From an uncultured Pseudomonadales bacterium (lineage in GTDB: Bacteria; Pseudomonadota; Gammaproteobacteria; Pseudomonadales; Azotimanducaceae): a DNA stretch of 64,000 nt. The stretch lies in contig CALHVX010000068.1 of assembly GCA_938036875.1 (NCBI GenBank), forward strand, positions 17,952 to 81,951, written 5' to 3'. Position numbers and translations under genes: made by a program. The notes below the pieces were generated by a model. The model had not been told where the DNA came from. It saw only the letters and a program-made list of their open reading frames with translations, and made no database searches. Positions 1 to 9,016 of the stretch are shown in pieces; the stretch's first letter is position 1; each line of letters starts with the position of its first letter.

Positions 1-129
1 GCGCGCGACACCAGCCCCAACCATGGCATCCACCACCGGCTTAGCAAGGCGCCCTGATTGCTCTGCGCTTTGAGCATGTTTCCGAACCAAGGGGGTTATC
101 TTTTCAAACTCGTCTATCAGCGTCGCCAT
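1..129 (-). CDS. 5' end of an acyl-CoA dehydrogenase-fold (flavin-dependent) protein, partial, runs off the window
   Basis: Minus-strand ATG at 129 opens a frame reading MATLIDEFEKITPLVRKHAQSAEQSGRLAKPVVDAMVGAGVAR to the window edge. This N-terminal pattern is typical of ACAD-fold proteins. Only 43 codons are visible. Confidence 0.3.
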   Translation of the reverse strand, partial: MATLIDEFEKITPLVRKHAQSAEQSGRLAKPVVDAMVGAGVAR

Positions 130-255
130 CAAATAACCTGCCTCGAAGATTCTCGCATTGCCACACGTGCCTCAGTTTGTTCTCTATAGCTTACCTATAC
201 TCAGGACTAACTGGCGATTGAACAGACCGCTAGGATCCAATTACGGCGCACCTAT

Positions 256-666
256 ATGACACTCAGATTTCACAGCAATCAAGAAGAAGGCCTGACCACC
301 ATCAATGGTGATGGTTCTGTCACCTGGGACTGCCTGCATGAAGTGCTGCAAGCACTGCTCGATTCTGAAGAAGAGCATGCGGCGTTGCCGCACCTTATCG
401 ACCTGCGCGCCGCAGACATCGATTTTACCGACACCACCATGGATATCTTTGGTGAGTTTTTTGCGGTTCGTTTTGGTGCCGAGGTCACAGGCAGCATCGC
501 TATTGTGATCAAAGACGGGCTAGATCCCGACATTTGTGCCATGTTTTACAAGGTAGCAAGCAGTGTGGATCACACAGAGCTGTTTGATGACTACAACCAC
601 GCTATGCGGTGGTTAATGCGTCGCGAGTTCGCCAATACGCCACCAGCGGTAGCCTCAGCCCCCTAG
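256..666 (+). CDS. hypothetical acidic protein, 136 aa
   Basis: Clean ATG ORF with ordinary composition. I recognise no motif. Confidence 0.5.
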   Translation: MTLRFHSNQEEGLTTINGDGSVTWDCLHEVLQALLDSEEEHAALPHLIDLRAADIDFTDTTMDIFGEFFAVRFGAEVTGSIAIVIKDGLDPDICAMFYKVASSVDHTELFDDYNHAMRWLMRREFANTPPAVASAP

Positions 667-1104
667 GTTGGCCTTAGGCCAGCGCATCATGCGCTAGGCT
701 AAAAACAGTATGCCACCCCCTATGGTGGCAACCAGCAGCCAGAACAAATACGGACTCAAGTAAGCCAGCATTTGCGCTGTGGTGTCTTGCGATGGACCTC
801 GAAACATCTCTACCCCCTAGTCTCCAAGGCTCAGCTCGAGACCCGGACAGCCGTTTTCGTCTACTTATTTTGCAAATAAGACTGACTAGATTGTGTCAGC
901 ATAGGCTGGAGAACATGTGGCGAGTTTGTAAACTAGGTTGCAGCTTAAGACATTCGAGCGAGTTTGAGGCGAATTCTCAAGAAAATGAAGGAAGAATGGA
1001 TTCGCGTTCACTATCTCTTTGTATTTATTAGATTTTTAGAATCGTTGGACCAAGTGGGAGCTAGTTACCCTTTTTTTACCAAGATTTTTCGGTATGCTTA
1101 TTCA

Positions 1105-1189
1105 CCTCACTAGCCGGTGCTGTATGTATATACAGTGTATTTCTCCTCGGCAGGGCGAACGCACAGACATTCGCACCGGCTAGTTGAGG
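1105..1189. repeat. long-range inverted repeat enclosing about 52 nt
   Basis: CCTCACTAGCCGGTGC (1105-1120) is complementary to GCACCGGCTAGTTGAGG (1173-1189) except for one extra T. Confidence 0.6.
1120..1135. promoter_or_regulatory. LexA (SOS) box
   Basis: CTGTATGTATATACAG matches the gammaproteobacterial consensus CTGTATATATATACAG at 15 of 16 positions. Both the CTGT and ACAG arms are intact. Confidence 0.6.
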
Positions 1190-1477
1190 CCACTAACTTC
1201 AAGACCTTTACGACCCGTATCACGACAAGATCTACGACCCTCCGCCTCAATGCCCCCCCCCTTTGTTTGCTAGGCCTTTAAAAGCGTTTTGCGAATGCGC
1301 TGAGTATCGTTGTTACACCCATCTTCCGCCGAAAGCAGCAACAAGCACTATGGGACAGCAACCCGTCGTGCGAAATCACACAAACGACGATTTAAGAAGA
1401 TGGATAAGGTGTTGCAGAAGGATCTTGCAGCCTAGTGCCCGCCGAGCGACGGACACTGTGAGGATTCTCGTTAGCGG

Positions 1478-2302
1478 TTAGTCGTGCGGTGGCACGGCGG
1501 GCAAACGCGCTTCCCAGCCAAAACTAGCATCTGCTACTGCAAAGAACTCTGGATTCAAGAAGGTCTCTTCTTTGTTGTACTTTACCGCTGAGCCATCAAC
1601 GGCCCAAACTTTACCGCCAGCAGCGGTGAGCACCGCCTGCGCAGCGCCAATATCCCACTCTGACGTGAGCCCCAGGCGCGGGTAAAAATCGGCTTTGCCT
1701 TCCGCCAAGATGCACAGCTTAAGCGAGCTACCAACCGGCTTGCGGTCAACGCCGCTGAACTGCTCACCAACTTGGGTAATAAAGCTCTCTAATCGATCCG
1801 AACCATGGCTACGGCTAGCTACAACAACCAAGGTAGCATCCGTGTTTGCCTTACGACCATTGAGCTGCCGACGCTTGCCCGCTAAATCGCAAAAGGCTTC
1901 GCCCAGGGTTACATCACCCACATAAACCTCACCCGTAACCGGCACACCAACCACTCCAAACACAGGCTCTCCACCTTCGATCAACGCTATGTTGACGGTG
2001 AACTCACCGTTACGGTTCACAAACTCTTTAGTGCCATCTAACGGATCAACCAACCAATAGCTGGTCCAACCTTTACGTACCGCGTAGTCGGGTGGAACCG
2101 ACTCTTCTGATAGCACCGGCACATCTGGGGTAAGCGTTGCCAAGGTATCGCTAATCACCCGGTGAGCGGCTAGGTCTGCTTGGGTTAAGGGTGAATCATC
2201 CGACTTGTTCTGCACATCAAAGTCGCTGTGATAGACCTCCAATATGGCATCACCCGCGACACGGGCGAGATCGATAAGTTGTTGGGTTAGCTTGGCGTCC
2301 AT
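1478..2302 (-). CDS. cysQ: 3'(2'),5'-bisphosphate nucleotidase (inositol monophosphatase family)
   Basis: Contains the WLVDPLDGTKEF metal-binding motif and the SEWDIGAAQAV motif. Size is 274 aa and it is adjacent to nudE, as in Pseudomonas. Confidence 0.85.
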   Translation of the reverse strand: MDAKLTQQLIDLARVAGDAILEVYHSDFDVQNKSDDSPLTQADLAAHRVISDTLATLTPDVPVLSEESVPPDYAVRKGWTSYWLVDPLDGTKEFVNRNGEFTVNIALIEGGEPVFGVVGVPVTGEVYVGDVTLGEAFCDLAGKRRQLNGRKANTDATLVVVASRSHGSDRLESFITQVGEQFSGVDRKPVGSSLKLCILAEGKADFYPRLGLTSEWDIGAAQAVLTAAGGKVWAVDGSAVKYNKEETFLNPEFFAVADASFGWEARLPAVPPHD

Positions 2303-2369
2303 ATTGATTTCCTAATGTTGCGTAAAATGTTGCGCGTTTAACTCGCAAGCGAGCCTGAATAATCGTTGG

Positions 2370-2915
2370 TTAGTTTGTTGCGGCTAGCGCTATTTGCGCC
2401 AACCACAGGGCAGCGACCGCCCTCGCCTCACTAAACTGCGGGTTGCTCATCAATGCCTCAAGCTGAGCCATCGGCCAAGCCACCACCTCCGGCGGTTCTG
2501 GCTCATCCCCGGGAATACGTTCGGCAAAGAGTTGGGTTGCTAAGACAACGTTAATGGTAAATCCCATATGCCCAGGCGCAATGCTTAAGTTTTTAAGAAA
2601 TTGTAGGCGTTTTGCCCCAAACCCAATTTCTTCACGCAATTCACGCTCTGCGGCGGCGCAAACATCTTCGCCAGCTTCAGCAGCCCCTTTGGGTAACGAC
2701 AGCTGAATTTCATGGAAGCCGGCTGCGTATTCACGGATGAGCAACACATCCCCAGATTCGGTGACCGGCACCACAATGACGGCTTCTCGACCTTGGGCTG
2801 GAATGCGCTCGTAGGTTCGCTCAACCCCGTTGGCAAAGCGCAGATCAAGCTCTTCGATCCGAAAAAAGCGCGACCGGGCGAGCTCACGAGTCTCAAGAAT
2901 TTTGGGGGTACTCAA
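2370..2915 (-). CDS. nudE: ADP compounds hydrolase, Nudix family
   Basis: Nudix box GAAEAGEDVCAAAERELREEIGF is present. The protein aligns end to end, from memory, with E. coli NudE (ARSRFF..YERI..REAV..LIREYA..GDEPEP). Confidence 0.85.
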   Translation of the reverse strand: MSTPKILETRELARSRFFRIEELDLRFANGVERTYERIPAQGREAVIVVPVTESGDVLLIREYAAGFHEIQLSLPKGAAEAGEDVCAAAERELREEIGFGAKRLQFLKNLSIAPGHMGFTINVVLATQLFAERIPGDEPEPPEVVAWPMAQLEALMSNPQFSEARAVAALWLAQIALAATN

Positions 2916-2945
2916 AACACACCTCGATAAAATTCGCTAGTATAC

Positions 2946-3653
2946 TTGGCTAACCCTGCATTTACTGGAAGCCTCATCAGCACCGCCTTACTGCCTTGGT
3001 CCGAGATAGATACCGTACTGCTTGATATGGATGGCACGCTGCTTGATCTCCACTATGACAACCACTTGTGGGGCACCTTGCTGCCAGCCTGGTACGCCAA
3101 AGCTCAAAACCTCACCGAAGCGGCTGCACACGACCTTTTGCTTTCTTACATGCAGCGCGTTCATGGCACCTTAGAGTTCTACTGCCTAGATCACTGGACA
3201 GAATTTACCCGGCTTGATATGCGTGAGCTGCATCTGGCTCGTACCGACTTGATTACCTACCGCCCAGGCGCCCGTGAGTTTCTGACCGCGCTGGATCAAT
3301 CACCCATCACCACACTACTGGTTACTAACGCCCATCGTATGAGCCTCGAGGTAAAGGATGAGGTAAGCGCCATCACATCACTGGTCGACCATGCCATCTC
3401 CTGCCATGACTACGGTGCGCCCAAAGAGGCACAAGCCTTCTGGCAACGTTTGCAGGCCAAACATCCCTTCGATCCTAGCCGCACATTGTTCATTGACGAC
3501 AACCACGATGTGCTCGCCAGTGCTGCGGAATATGGGATTCGCTACCTGCGCACCATTGACTACCCAGACTCCCAGCGCGAAGCCAAACCTACAGGGGACT
3601 ATTTGGTTGCAAGCAACCTCGCCACCTTGTTCACCCCGAACTCAGGCGCCTGA
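2946..3653 (+). CDS. yrfG: HAD-superfamily GMP/IMP nucleotidase
   Basis: Has the DTVLLDMDGTLLDL HAD motif I and the LFIDD motif. It shows YrfG-like similarity and yrfG-hslR-hslO synteny. Start is TTG at 2946. Confidence 0.8.
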   Translation: MANPAFTGSLISTALLPWSEIDTVLLDMDGTLLDLHYDNHLWGTLLPAWYAKAQNLTEAAAHDLLLSYMQRVHGTLEFYCLDHWTEFTRLDMRELHLARTDLITYRPGAREFLTALDQSPITTLLVTNAHRMSLEVKDEVSAITSLVDHAISCHDYGAPKEAQAFWQRLQAKHPFDPSRTLFIDDNHDVLASAAEYGIRYLRTIDYPDSQREAKPTGDYLVASNLATLFTPNSGA

Positions 3654-3660
3654 GCAACCG

Positions 3661-4098
3661 ATGGTGAGCAGCCAACTAACCCGCGTGCGCTTAGACCGTT
3701 GGCTCTGGGCAGCTAGGTTTTTCAAAACCCGGACCCTGGCCAAAGCCGCTATCGAAGGCGGCAAAATTGAAATTGATGGTCACAAACCAAAGGTTTCAAA
3801 GGAAGTGGTCATCGGCGCCAAGCTCAGCATTCGCATTGGCAGCTACGAACACCAGATAGAGGTTACCGGCCTCGCTGACAAGCGTGGCAGCGCAACCATT
3901 GCACAAAGGTTGTACCAAGAGTCGGAGTCTAGCCTAGCAACACGGGAAGCCTTACGTGCTCAACTGCGTATGCAGCGCGCTGGCTTACGTGTGCCTCAAA
4001 CCCGACCGACCAAACACCAACGCCAAGCCATCAAGGCGCTAAAGCAAAATCAGCCACAAGATTTTTCTCCTTCTTCATCAGAGCGCGACACCGACTAA
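3661..4098 (+). CDS. hslR: heat-shock protein 15, ribosome-associated S4-domain protein
   Basis: VRLDRWLWAARFFKTR S4-type motif. ATG at 3661 follows the yrfG stop. The longer ORF-track version (3391) overlaps yrfG and is an artefact. Confidence 0.85.
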   Translation: MVSSQLTRVRLDRWLWAARFFKTRTLAKAAIEGGKIEIDGHKPKVSKEVVIGAKLSIRIGSYEHQIEVTGLADKRGSATIAQRLYQESESSLATREALRAQLRMQRAGLRVPQTRPTKHQRQAIKALKQNQPQDFSPSSSERDTD

Positions 4099-5063
4099 TG
4101 ACCACACCCGCCCTTAAACCGACCGATCAATTGCAACGCTTCTACTTCGCCCACAGCGGTATCCGGGGGTTTTGGGTCAACCTCAATGGCGTGCTCGATG
4201 AACTGGCTAGCCGCCGCGAATACCCCGCCCCTATAACGGCGCTGATGGGTGAGATGTTAGCGGCCGCCGCCATGGTGGCAGACGGCCTAAAATGGCCAGG
4301 TAGCGTTGCCCTGCAAGCCAAAATGCCGGGGACCTTGAGAACGCTCATGGCCGAGTACCGCCCGCCTAGCGGCTTGCGCGCCATCGCCCGGGCTGCCGAC
4401 GCGAGCTTTGCGGAAACAGACTTCAGCCAGCTCAGCCAACGCGACCTGCTTAAAGACGGCCAGCTGGCCGTCAGCTTGCTACCAACCGAAGAGCAGCCTC
4501 AAGTACAGCCGTACCAAGGTCTAGTGGCACTGAGCGACGGCAATCTCGCCGCTAACTTAGAAAGCTACTTTGCGAATAGCGAGCAGTTGCCGACTCTATT
4601 TGCCCTGGCTGCTGACCCAAGCGATTCAACAGGTGCTGATGGTGTTGGCAACCGCGCCGTCGGGTTGCTTCTGCAGAAGCTACCAAACAATGCGCAGGAT
4701 CCCTGGGACGAGGATATTGAGACCATTGCTTGGGCTAGGCTGCAGGCACAGCTTGCGGATCTAGGCTCAGCAACGCTGCTTGAAACGGCAAGCTTGGGGA
4801 CTCCAGAAGCGTTATTGCGCAGCTTTGTCGCTATTGACGACGTTAAGCTTGCTCCACCTCGCCCATTGCAATTCGCCTGCACTTGTAACCGAGAAAAAAC
4901 CGCCCAAATTCTTCGCACGGTACCCAAAAACGAGTTAGTCGCTTTGTTGGAAGAGCAAGAAGAGATCGAGGTGACCTGCGAATTTTGCGGCCAAATTTAT
5001 GCTTACACGGCTCTCGACACCCACCTACTCAAAACCCCGGAAGAAGACCTGCCAAAACATTGA
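4098..5063 (+). CDS. hslO: redox-regulated chaperone Hsp33
   Basis: C-terminal zinc centre CTC..(CEFCGQIY). TAATG overlap with hslR. Size is 321 aa. Confidence 0.9.
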   Translation: MTTPALKPTDQLQRFYFAHSGIRGFWVNLNGVLDELASRREYPAPITALMGEMLAAAAMVADGLKWPGSVALQAKMPGTLRTLMAEYRPPSGLRAIARAADASFAETDFSQLSQRDLLKDGQLAVSLLPTEEQPQVQPYQGLVALSDGNLAANLESYFANSEQLPTLFALAADPSDSTGADGVGNRAVGLLLQKLPNNAQDPWDEDIETIAWARLQAQLADLGSATLLETASLGTPEALLRSFVAIDDVKLAPPRPLQFACTCNREKTAQILRTVPKNELVALLEEQEEIEVTCEFCGQIYAYTALDTHLLKTPEEDLPKH

Positions 5064-5238
5064 CAATTTTATGGTCTTTACCCAAACCTTAAAGAGCGCC
5101 AATAAGCAAAATTCGTAACAAATTCGCCAACCAATTCTGCAAATGCCGTGAAGCGCTTACAAACTTTCGCAATCCCGGTACGTGCTGCGGCACGCCTCTG
5201 GCATAATCTCCTTCTTTAAGCGAATGACGAAAGGGCTC

Positions 5239-6813
5239 ATGGCTGCGGATACTGGATCAAGTACAAACAAAACCACCCACAACAACCTGTCACGCGCGGT
5301 TTTAGCCGAGATGGCCGTAACCCGGGGCGAAGGTCAATTTGTCGCCAACGGCTCTATTGTTGTTGAAACCGGCCACCGTACCGGCCGTTCACCCAAAGAT
5401 CGCTACATTGTCGATGAGCCAAGCACTTCGGATGCCATAGACTGGGGTGATATCAACCGACCGATCGAACCCCAAAAGTTCGATGCCTTGTGGGACCGAG
5501 TCAGCGTCTACCTCGATAGCATTGACACCTTTGAGTCTGAGCTGCACGTTGGCGCTGACCCAGAGCACTACTTGCCCATCGAGGTAACCACCCAGTACGC
5601 GTGGCACTCCTTGTTTGGTAACGCGCTATTTATTCGCCCAGACAGCTATAACCCCCACAACAAGAAAGTGTGGCAGGTTGTGAATGCGCCCGGCTTTACC
5701 TGCGAACCTGATCGCGACGGCACCAACAGCGACGGCACCGTCATGATTAACTTCGCTGCACGCAAAGTGCTGATTGCTGGCATGCGTTATGCCGGCGAAA
5801 TGAAGAAGTCTATGTTCTCGGTACTCAACTTCTTGTTGCCAGAAAAAGATGTGCTACCTATGCACTGCTCAGCAAACCTAGGTAAAGCGGGTGACGTTAC
5901 CTTGTTCTTCGGTTTGTCTGGTACCGGCAAAACCACCTTGTCTGCTGACACCGAACGATTCTTGATTGGTGATGACGAACACGGCTGGGGTAAAGGCACG
6001 GTCTTTAACTTTGAGGGCGGTTGCTACGCTAAGTGCGTCGATTTGACCCGCAAAAACGAACCCGTGATCTTCGACGCCATCAGCTTTGGCGCAATTGTTG
6101 AAAACGTGATCGTTGATCCTAATACTCGCGAGCCCGACTACACCGATACATCGCTAACAGAGAACACTCGTGCTTGTTACCCACGTGACAACATCGAGCT
6201 TAAGGTGGCTGACAACCGCGCCGGCGAGCCAAAGAACATCATCTTCTTGACCTGTGATGTGAGCGGCGTGCTGCCACCGGTTAGCGTGCTGTCCAAAGAA
6301 GCCGCCGCTTACCACTTTCTGTCTGGCTACACCGCAGCGGTAGGTTCTACAGAAATTGGTTCTACCGAGGCCTATTCAGCAACCTTCTCAACCTGCTTTG
6401 GCGCACCGTTCTTCCCTCGTCCTGCAGGCGTGTATGCGGATCTTCTAATCAAGCGTGTCGAAGAGTTTGACTCACAGGTATACCTGGTCAACACCGGTTG
6501 GACCGGTGGTGGTTACGGGGTTGGCGAACGTTTCAACATTCCAACAACCCGCGCCATCATTGCGGCTATTCAATCCGGCGCATTGTCACCTGAAAGTGGC
6601 TGTGAGGTTGAACACATCCAGGGGTTGAACCTAAGCGTGCCTAAAGCCGTTGCTGGCGTTGAAGATAACTTGCTCAATCCACGCAACACTTGGGCCGACA
6701 AAGCGGCCTACGATGAGGCGGCCAAAGCCCTGATCAGCAAGTTCGAAGAGAACTTCAAAAAGTTCGATGTTACCCCTGGTATCGTCAGTGCTGGCCCGAC
6801 CACAGATTTCTAG
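5239..6813 (+). CDS. pckA: phosphoenolpyruvate carboxykinase (ATP)
   Basis: [25 protein letters not shown] kinase-1a loop, and DDEHGW motifs. The start is uncertain: GTG 5182, ATG 5224 and ATG 5239 are all in frame. I chose 5239 by N-terminal length comparison. Confidence 0.9.
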   Translation: MAADTGSSTNKTTHNNLSRAVLAEMAVTRGEGQFVANGSIVVETGHRTGRSPKDRYIVDEPSTSDAIDWGDINRPIEPQKFDALWDRVSVYLDSIDTFESELHVGADPEHYLPIEVTTQYAWHSLFGNALFIRPDSYNPHNKKVWQVVNAPGFTCEPDRDGTNSDGTVMINFAARKVLIAGMRYAGEMKKSMFSVLNFLLPEKDVLPMHCSANLGKAGDVTLFFGLSGTGKTTLSADTERFLIGDDEHGWGKGTVFNFEGGCYAKCVDLTRKNEPVIFDAISFGAIVENVIVDPNTREPDYTDTSLTENTRACYPRDNIELKVADNRAGEPKNIIFLTCDVSGVLPPVSVLSKEAAAYHFLSGYTAAVGSTEIGSTEAYSATFSTCFGAPFFPRPAGVYADLLIKRVEEFDSQVYLVNTGWTGGGYGVGERFNIPTTRAIIAAIQSGALSPESGCEVEHIQGLNLSVPKAVAGVEDNLLNPRNTWADKAAYDEAAKALISKFEENFKKFDVTPGIVSAGPTTDF

Positions 6814-6822
6814 CTAATCTAC

Positions 6823-6852
6823 GCCGCTCTAACTTAGTTGTTTTGAGCGGCG
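6823..6852 (+). terminator. hairpin between pckA and gshA
   Basis: CGCCGCTC (6823-6830) pairs with GAGCGGCG (6845-6852), followed by CTTT. The loop is long and the T-tract weak. Confidence 0.35.
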
Positions 6853-6858
6853 CTTTAA

Positions 6859-8439
6859 GTGAACCCATCGAATTCCAGTACTGGTTCCAGTACAACAAGC
6901 ATATCGAAAGCACGCTTAGCTATCCTGGCTAAGCAACCTGAGGCGTTAGCTAACCTAGGCCACGGCATAGAAAAAGAAAGCCTGCGTGTCACCGCAGACG
7001 GGGCGTTGTCAAACAAACCGCACCCTACCCCCTTAGGCTCTGCCTTAACCCACCCCACCATAACAACCGATTTTAGCGAGTCTCAGTTAGAGCTGATTGC
7101 GGGTGTCCACAGCACACCAGACGCCTGCATCCAACAATTGGAAGACGTTCACGGGTTTGTGCACGCCAATATCGATGACGAAGTGCTTTGGCCTAGCAGC
7201 ATGCCCTGCATCTTGGGTGAAGCAGACGACATCCCCATCGGCCAATACGGCACCTCTAACATCGCCAAAGCTAAGTCGGTTTATCGCCAAGGGCTCGCCA
7301 ATCGCTATGGCTCGTTGATGCAAACCATCTCGGGGATTCACTACAACTTTTCTATGAGCGATGCCTTTTGGACCGCCATGGGGCCGTTGTACCCCAATCG
7401 CACCAGCGGCTATTTTGATCTCATCCGCAACTTCCGGCGACACTCCTGGCTGCTTATCTACCTGTTTGGTGCGTCACCTGCGGTCTGCAAGTCGTTCGCC
7501 AAAAACATCGAGCACGATCTTGAGACCTTGGACGAGGGTAGCCTGTATCGACCCCATGGCACCTCATTACGGATGGGGCGTCTGGGTTACCAAAGTGACG
7601 CACAATCAGACCTACACGTGTCCTATAACAACCTCCCCGCGTATGCACAGAGCATGCGTCGCGCGTTGAGCGAGAGCTATCCAGCTTACGAAAAGTTAGG
7701 GGTAAAGGTAGACGGCGAGTATCGGCAGCTCAACACCACGTTGATCCAAATCGAAAACGAGTTTTACGGCACCATTCGTCCTAAGCAACCAATCAACCCC
7801 GGCGAACGCCCGCTCACCGCCTTGCTAGACCGAGGGGTACAATACGTTGAAGTGCGTTGCATGGATCTCAACCCGTTTTTGCCCGTTGGCATTGACGTTG
7901 AAACCTGCCGTTTCTTAGATACCTTCTTAATCTATTGCTTGTTAGCCGACAGCCCCGAAGACAGCGAGCTGGAATCCGCGCGTATGCTGAGCAACCAGCT
8001 GGCGGTGGTTGCTCAAGGTCGCAAACCAGGCTTAATGCTGGCAAACGAGGAAGGTGACGTGAGCTTAAAGCAGTGGGGTGACTCGTTGCTGGAGCAATGC
8101 AACGGCATCGCACAACTACTGGATCAAGTGCATGGCGGCTCAGGCTATACCAGCGCTGTTGCGGCGCAAGCACAAAAGCTAGCAGCACCCGAGCAAACAC
8201 CCTCAGCTAAAGTGTTGGCGCAAATCACCGAGCAAAAAATTCCGTTCTTCCGTTTTGCAATGAACCAGGCCATTGCACATCAAGAGCACTTCGCCCAGCG
8301 GCCCCTAACCCGGCAGCAGATCACCGAGATGGTTGCACAGAGCAAGGAATCTTTAGCGAAGCAGAAGCAAATTGAAGCCGCCGACACCATGTCGTTCGAT
8401 GACTTTCTGACCAGCTATCTGGCGCTTCCCGAAGCCTAG
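6859..8439 (+). CDS. gshA: glutamate-cysteine ligase
   Basis: GIEKESLRV, ALTHPTITTDFSESQLELI and YVEVRCMDLNPF are collinear with E. coli GshA. Start is GTG. Confidence 0.9.
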   Translation: MNPSNSSTGSSTTSISKARLAILAKQPEALANLGHGIEKESLRVTADGALSNKPHPTPLGSALTHPTITTDFSESQLELIAGVHSTPDACIQQLEDVHGFVHANIDDEVLWPSSMPCILGEADDIPIGQYGTSNIAKAKSVYRQGLANRYGSLMQTISGIHYNFSMSDAFWTAMGPLYPNRTSGYFDLIRNFRRHSWLLIYLFGASPAVCKSFAKNIEHDLETLDEGSLYRPHGTSLRMGRLGYQSDAQSDLHVSYNNLPAYAQSMRRALSESYPAYEKLGVKVDGEYRQLNTTLIQIENEFYGTIRPKQPINPGERPLTALLDRGVQYVEVRCMDLNPFLPVGIDVETCRFLDTFLIYCLLADSPEDSELESARMLSNQLAVVAQGRKPGLMLANEEGDVSLKQWGDSLLEQCNGIAQLLDQVHGGSGYTSAVAAQAQKLAAPEQTPSAKVLAQITEQKIPFFRFAMNQAIAHQEHFAQRPLTRQQITEMVAQSKESLAKQKQIEAADTMSFDDFLTSYLALPEA

Positions 8440-8912
8440 CGCTGCAACAACAGGTTGGTGAACATCACGTCTTCTACCGCGATGGAGGGTTCACCTTCTT
8501 CCGCTTCTAGTACCTTGTTGATCTCTGCCTTTGCTGCCTCGAGCACAGCATCACGACCATCACCGGTAGCCATCGACTCCTCACTTTGTCGTGACAACAG
8601 CATCACCACCTCGTGGCGCAACGCTGGCAAGTGATACATCGCCGCTTCATGCGCCTCCGCACCCTTAATCTTAAGGGTGATATCCGTCTTCACATACATC
8701 AGCTTGCGGGATTCAACCGGACCAAAGTTCGCAACAAAAGTCGGTTTTAGCTCCACGTAGCGGACGTTACTTTCAAACTGAGTGACCGCTCCGTCCTCCG
8801 ATCCATCAGCCGCAACGCTTGGCATCGCCCAGAGCAAACTCAGCGCCACAGCGGTCGCTAACACCAGAAATGAGCCTGAATTTAGGTAAAGTTTGGATTT
8901 TGAGTGCATCAA
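8436..8912 (-). CDS. FliL-like flagellar basal-body-associated protein (orphan, outside a flagellar cluster)
   Basis: N-terminal signal/anchor, then YVELKPTFVANF...YVKTDITLK...LPALRHEVVMLLS, the typical FliL-family pattern. Confidence 0.55.
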   Translation of the reverse strand: MMHSKSKLYLNSGSFLVLATAVALSLLWAMPSVAADGSEDGAVTQFESNVRYVELKPTFVANFGPVESRKLMYVKTDITLKIKGAEAHEAAMYHLPALRHEVVMLLSRQSEESMATGDGRDAVLEAAKAEINKVLEAEEGEPSIAVEDVMFTNLLLQR

Positions 8913-9016
8913 AGCCTCCAGAGCCTGAGAAGTAACCCGTCATCTAGCAAGAATAGTTGACGTCACGCATCTGACCAGTACCCTTCGCGGCTAACTAAAC
9001 AAACTTGAGGCGACCC

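Noticed and set aside
792-1031. 79-aa ORF in the SOS-box gap, and the 72-aa TTG ORF at 1263-1481
   Set aside because: Their composition is atypical (Cys/Arg/Ser/Leu-rich) and there is no RBS or motif. The second overlaps the cysQ 3' end. Neither is excluded, but neither is supportable as a gene.
1370-1400. AAACGACGA string reminiscent of the tmRNA tag-reading-frame start
   Set aside because: No Ala-rich tag ORF (..ANDENYALAA-type), no tRNA-like acceptor/T-arm sequences, and no flanking pseudoknot-like structure.
3391-3660. Long N-terminal extension of the hslR ORF (235-aa version in the ORF track)
   Set aside because: It overlaps the 3' third of yrfG in another frame and has biased, Pro/Thr/Ser-rich composition. 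HslR homology begins at ATG 3661, right after the yrfG stop.
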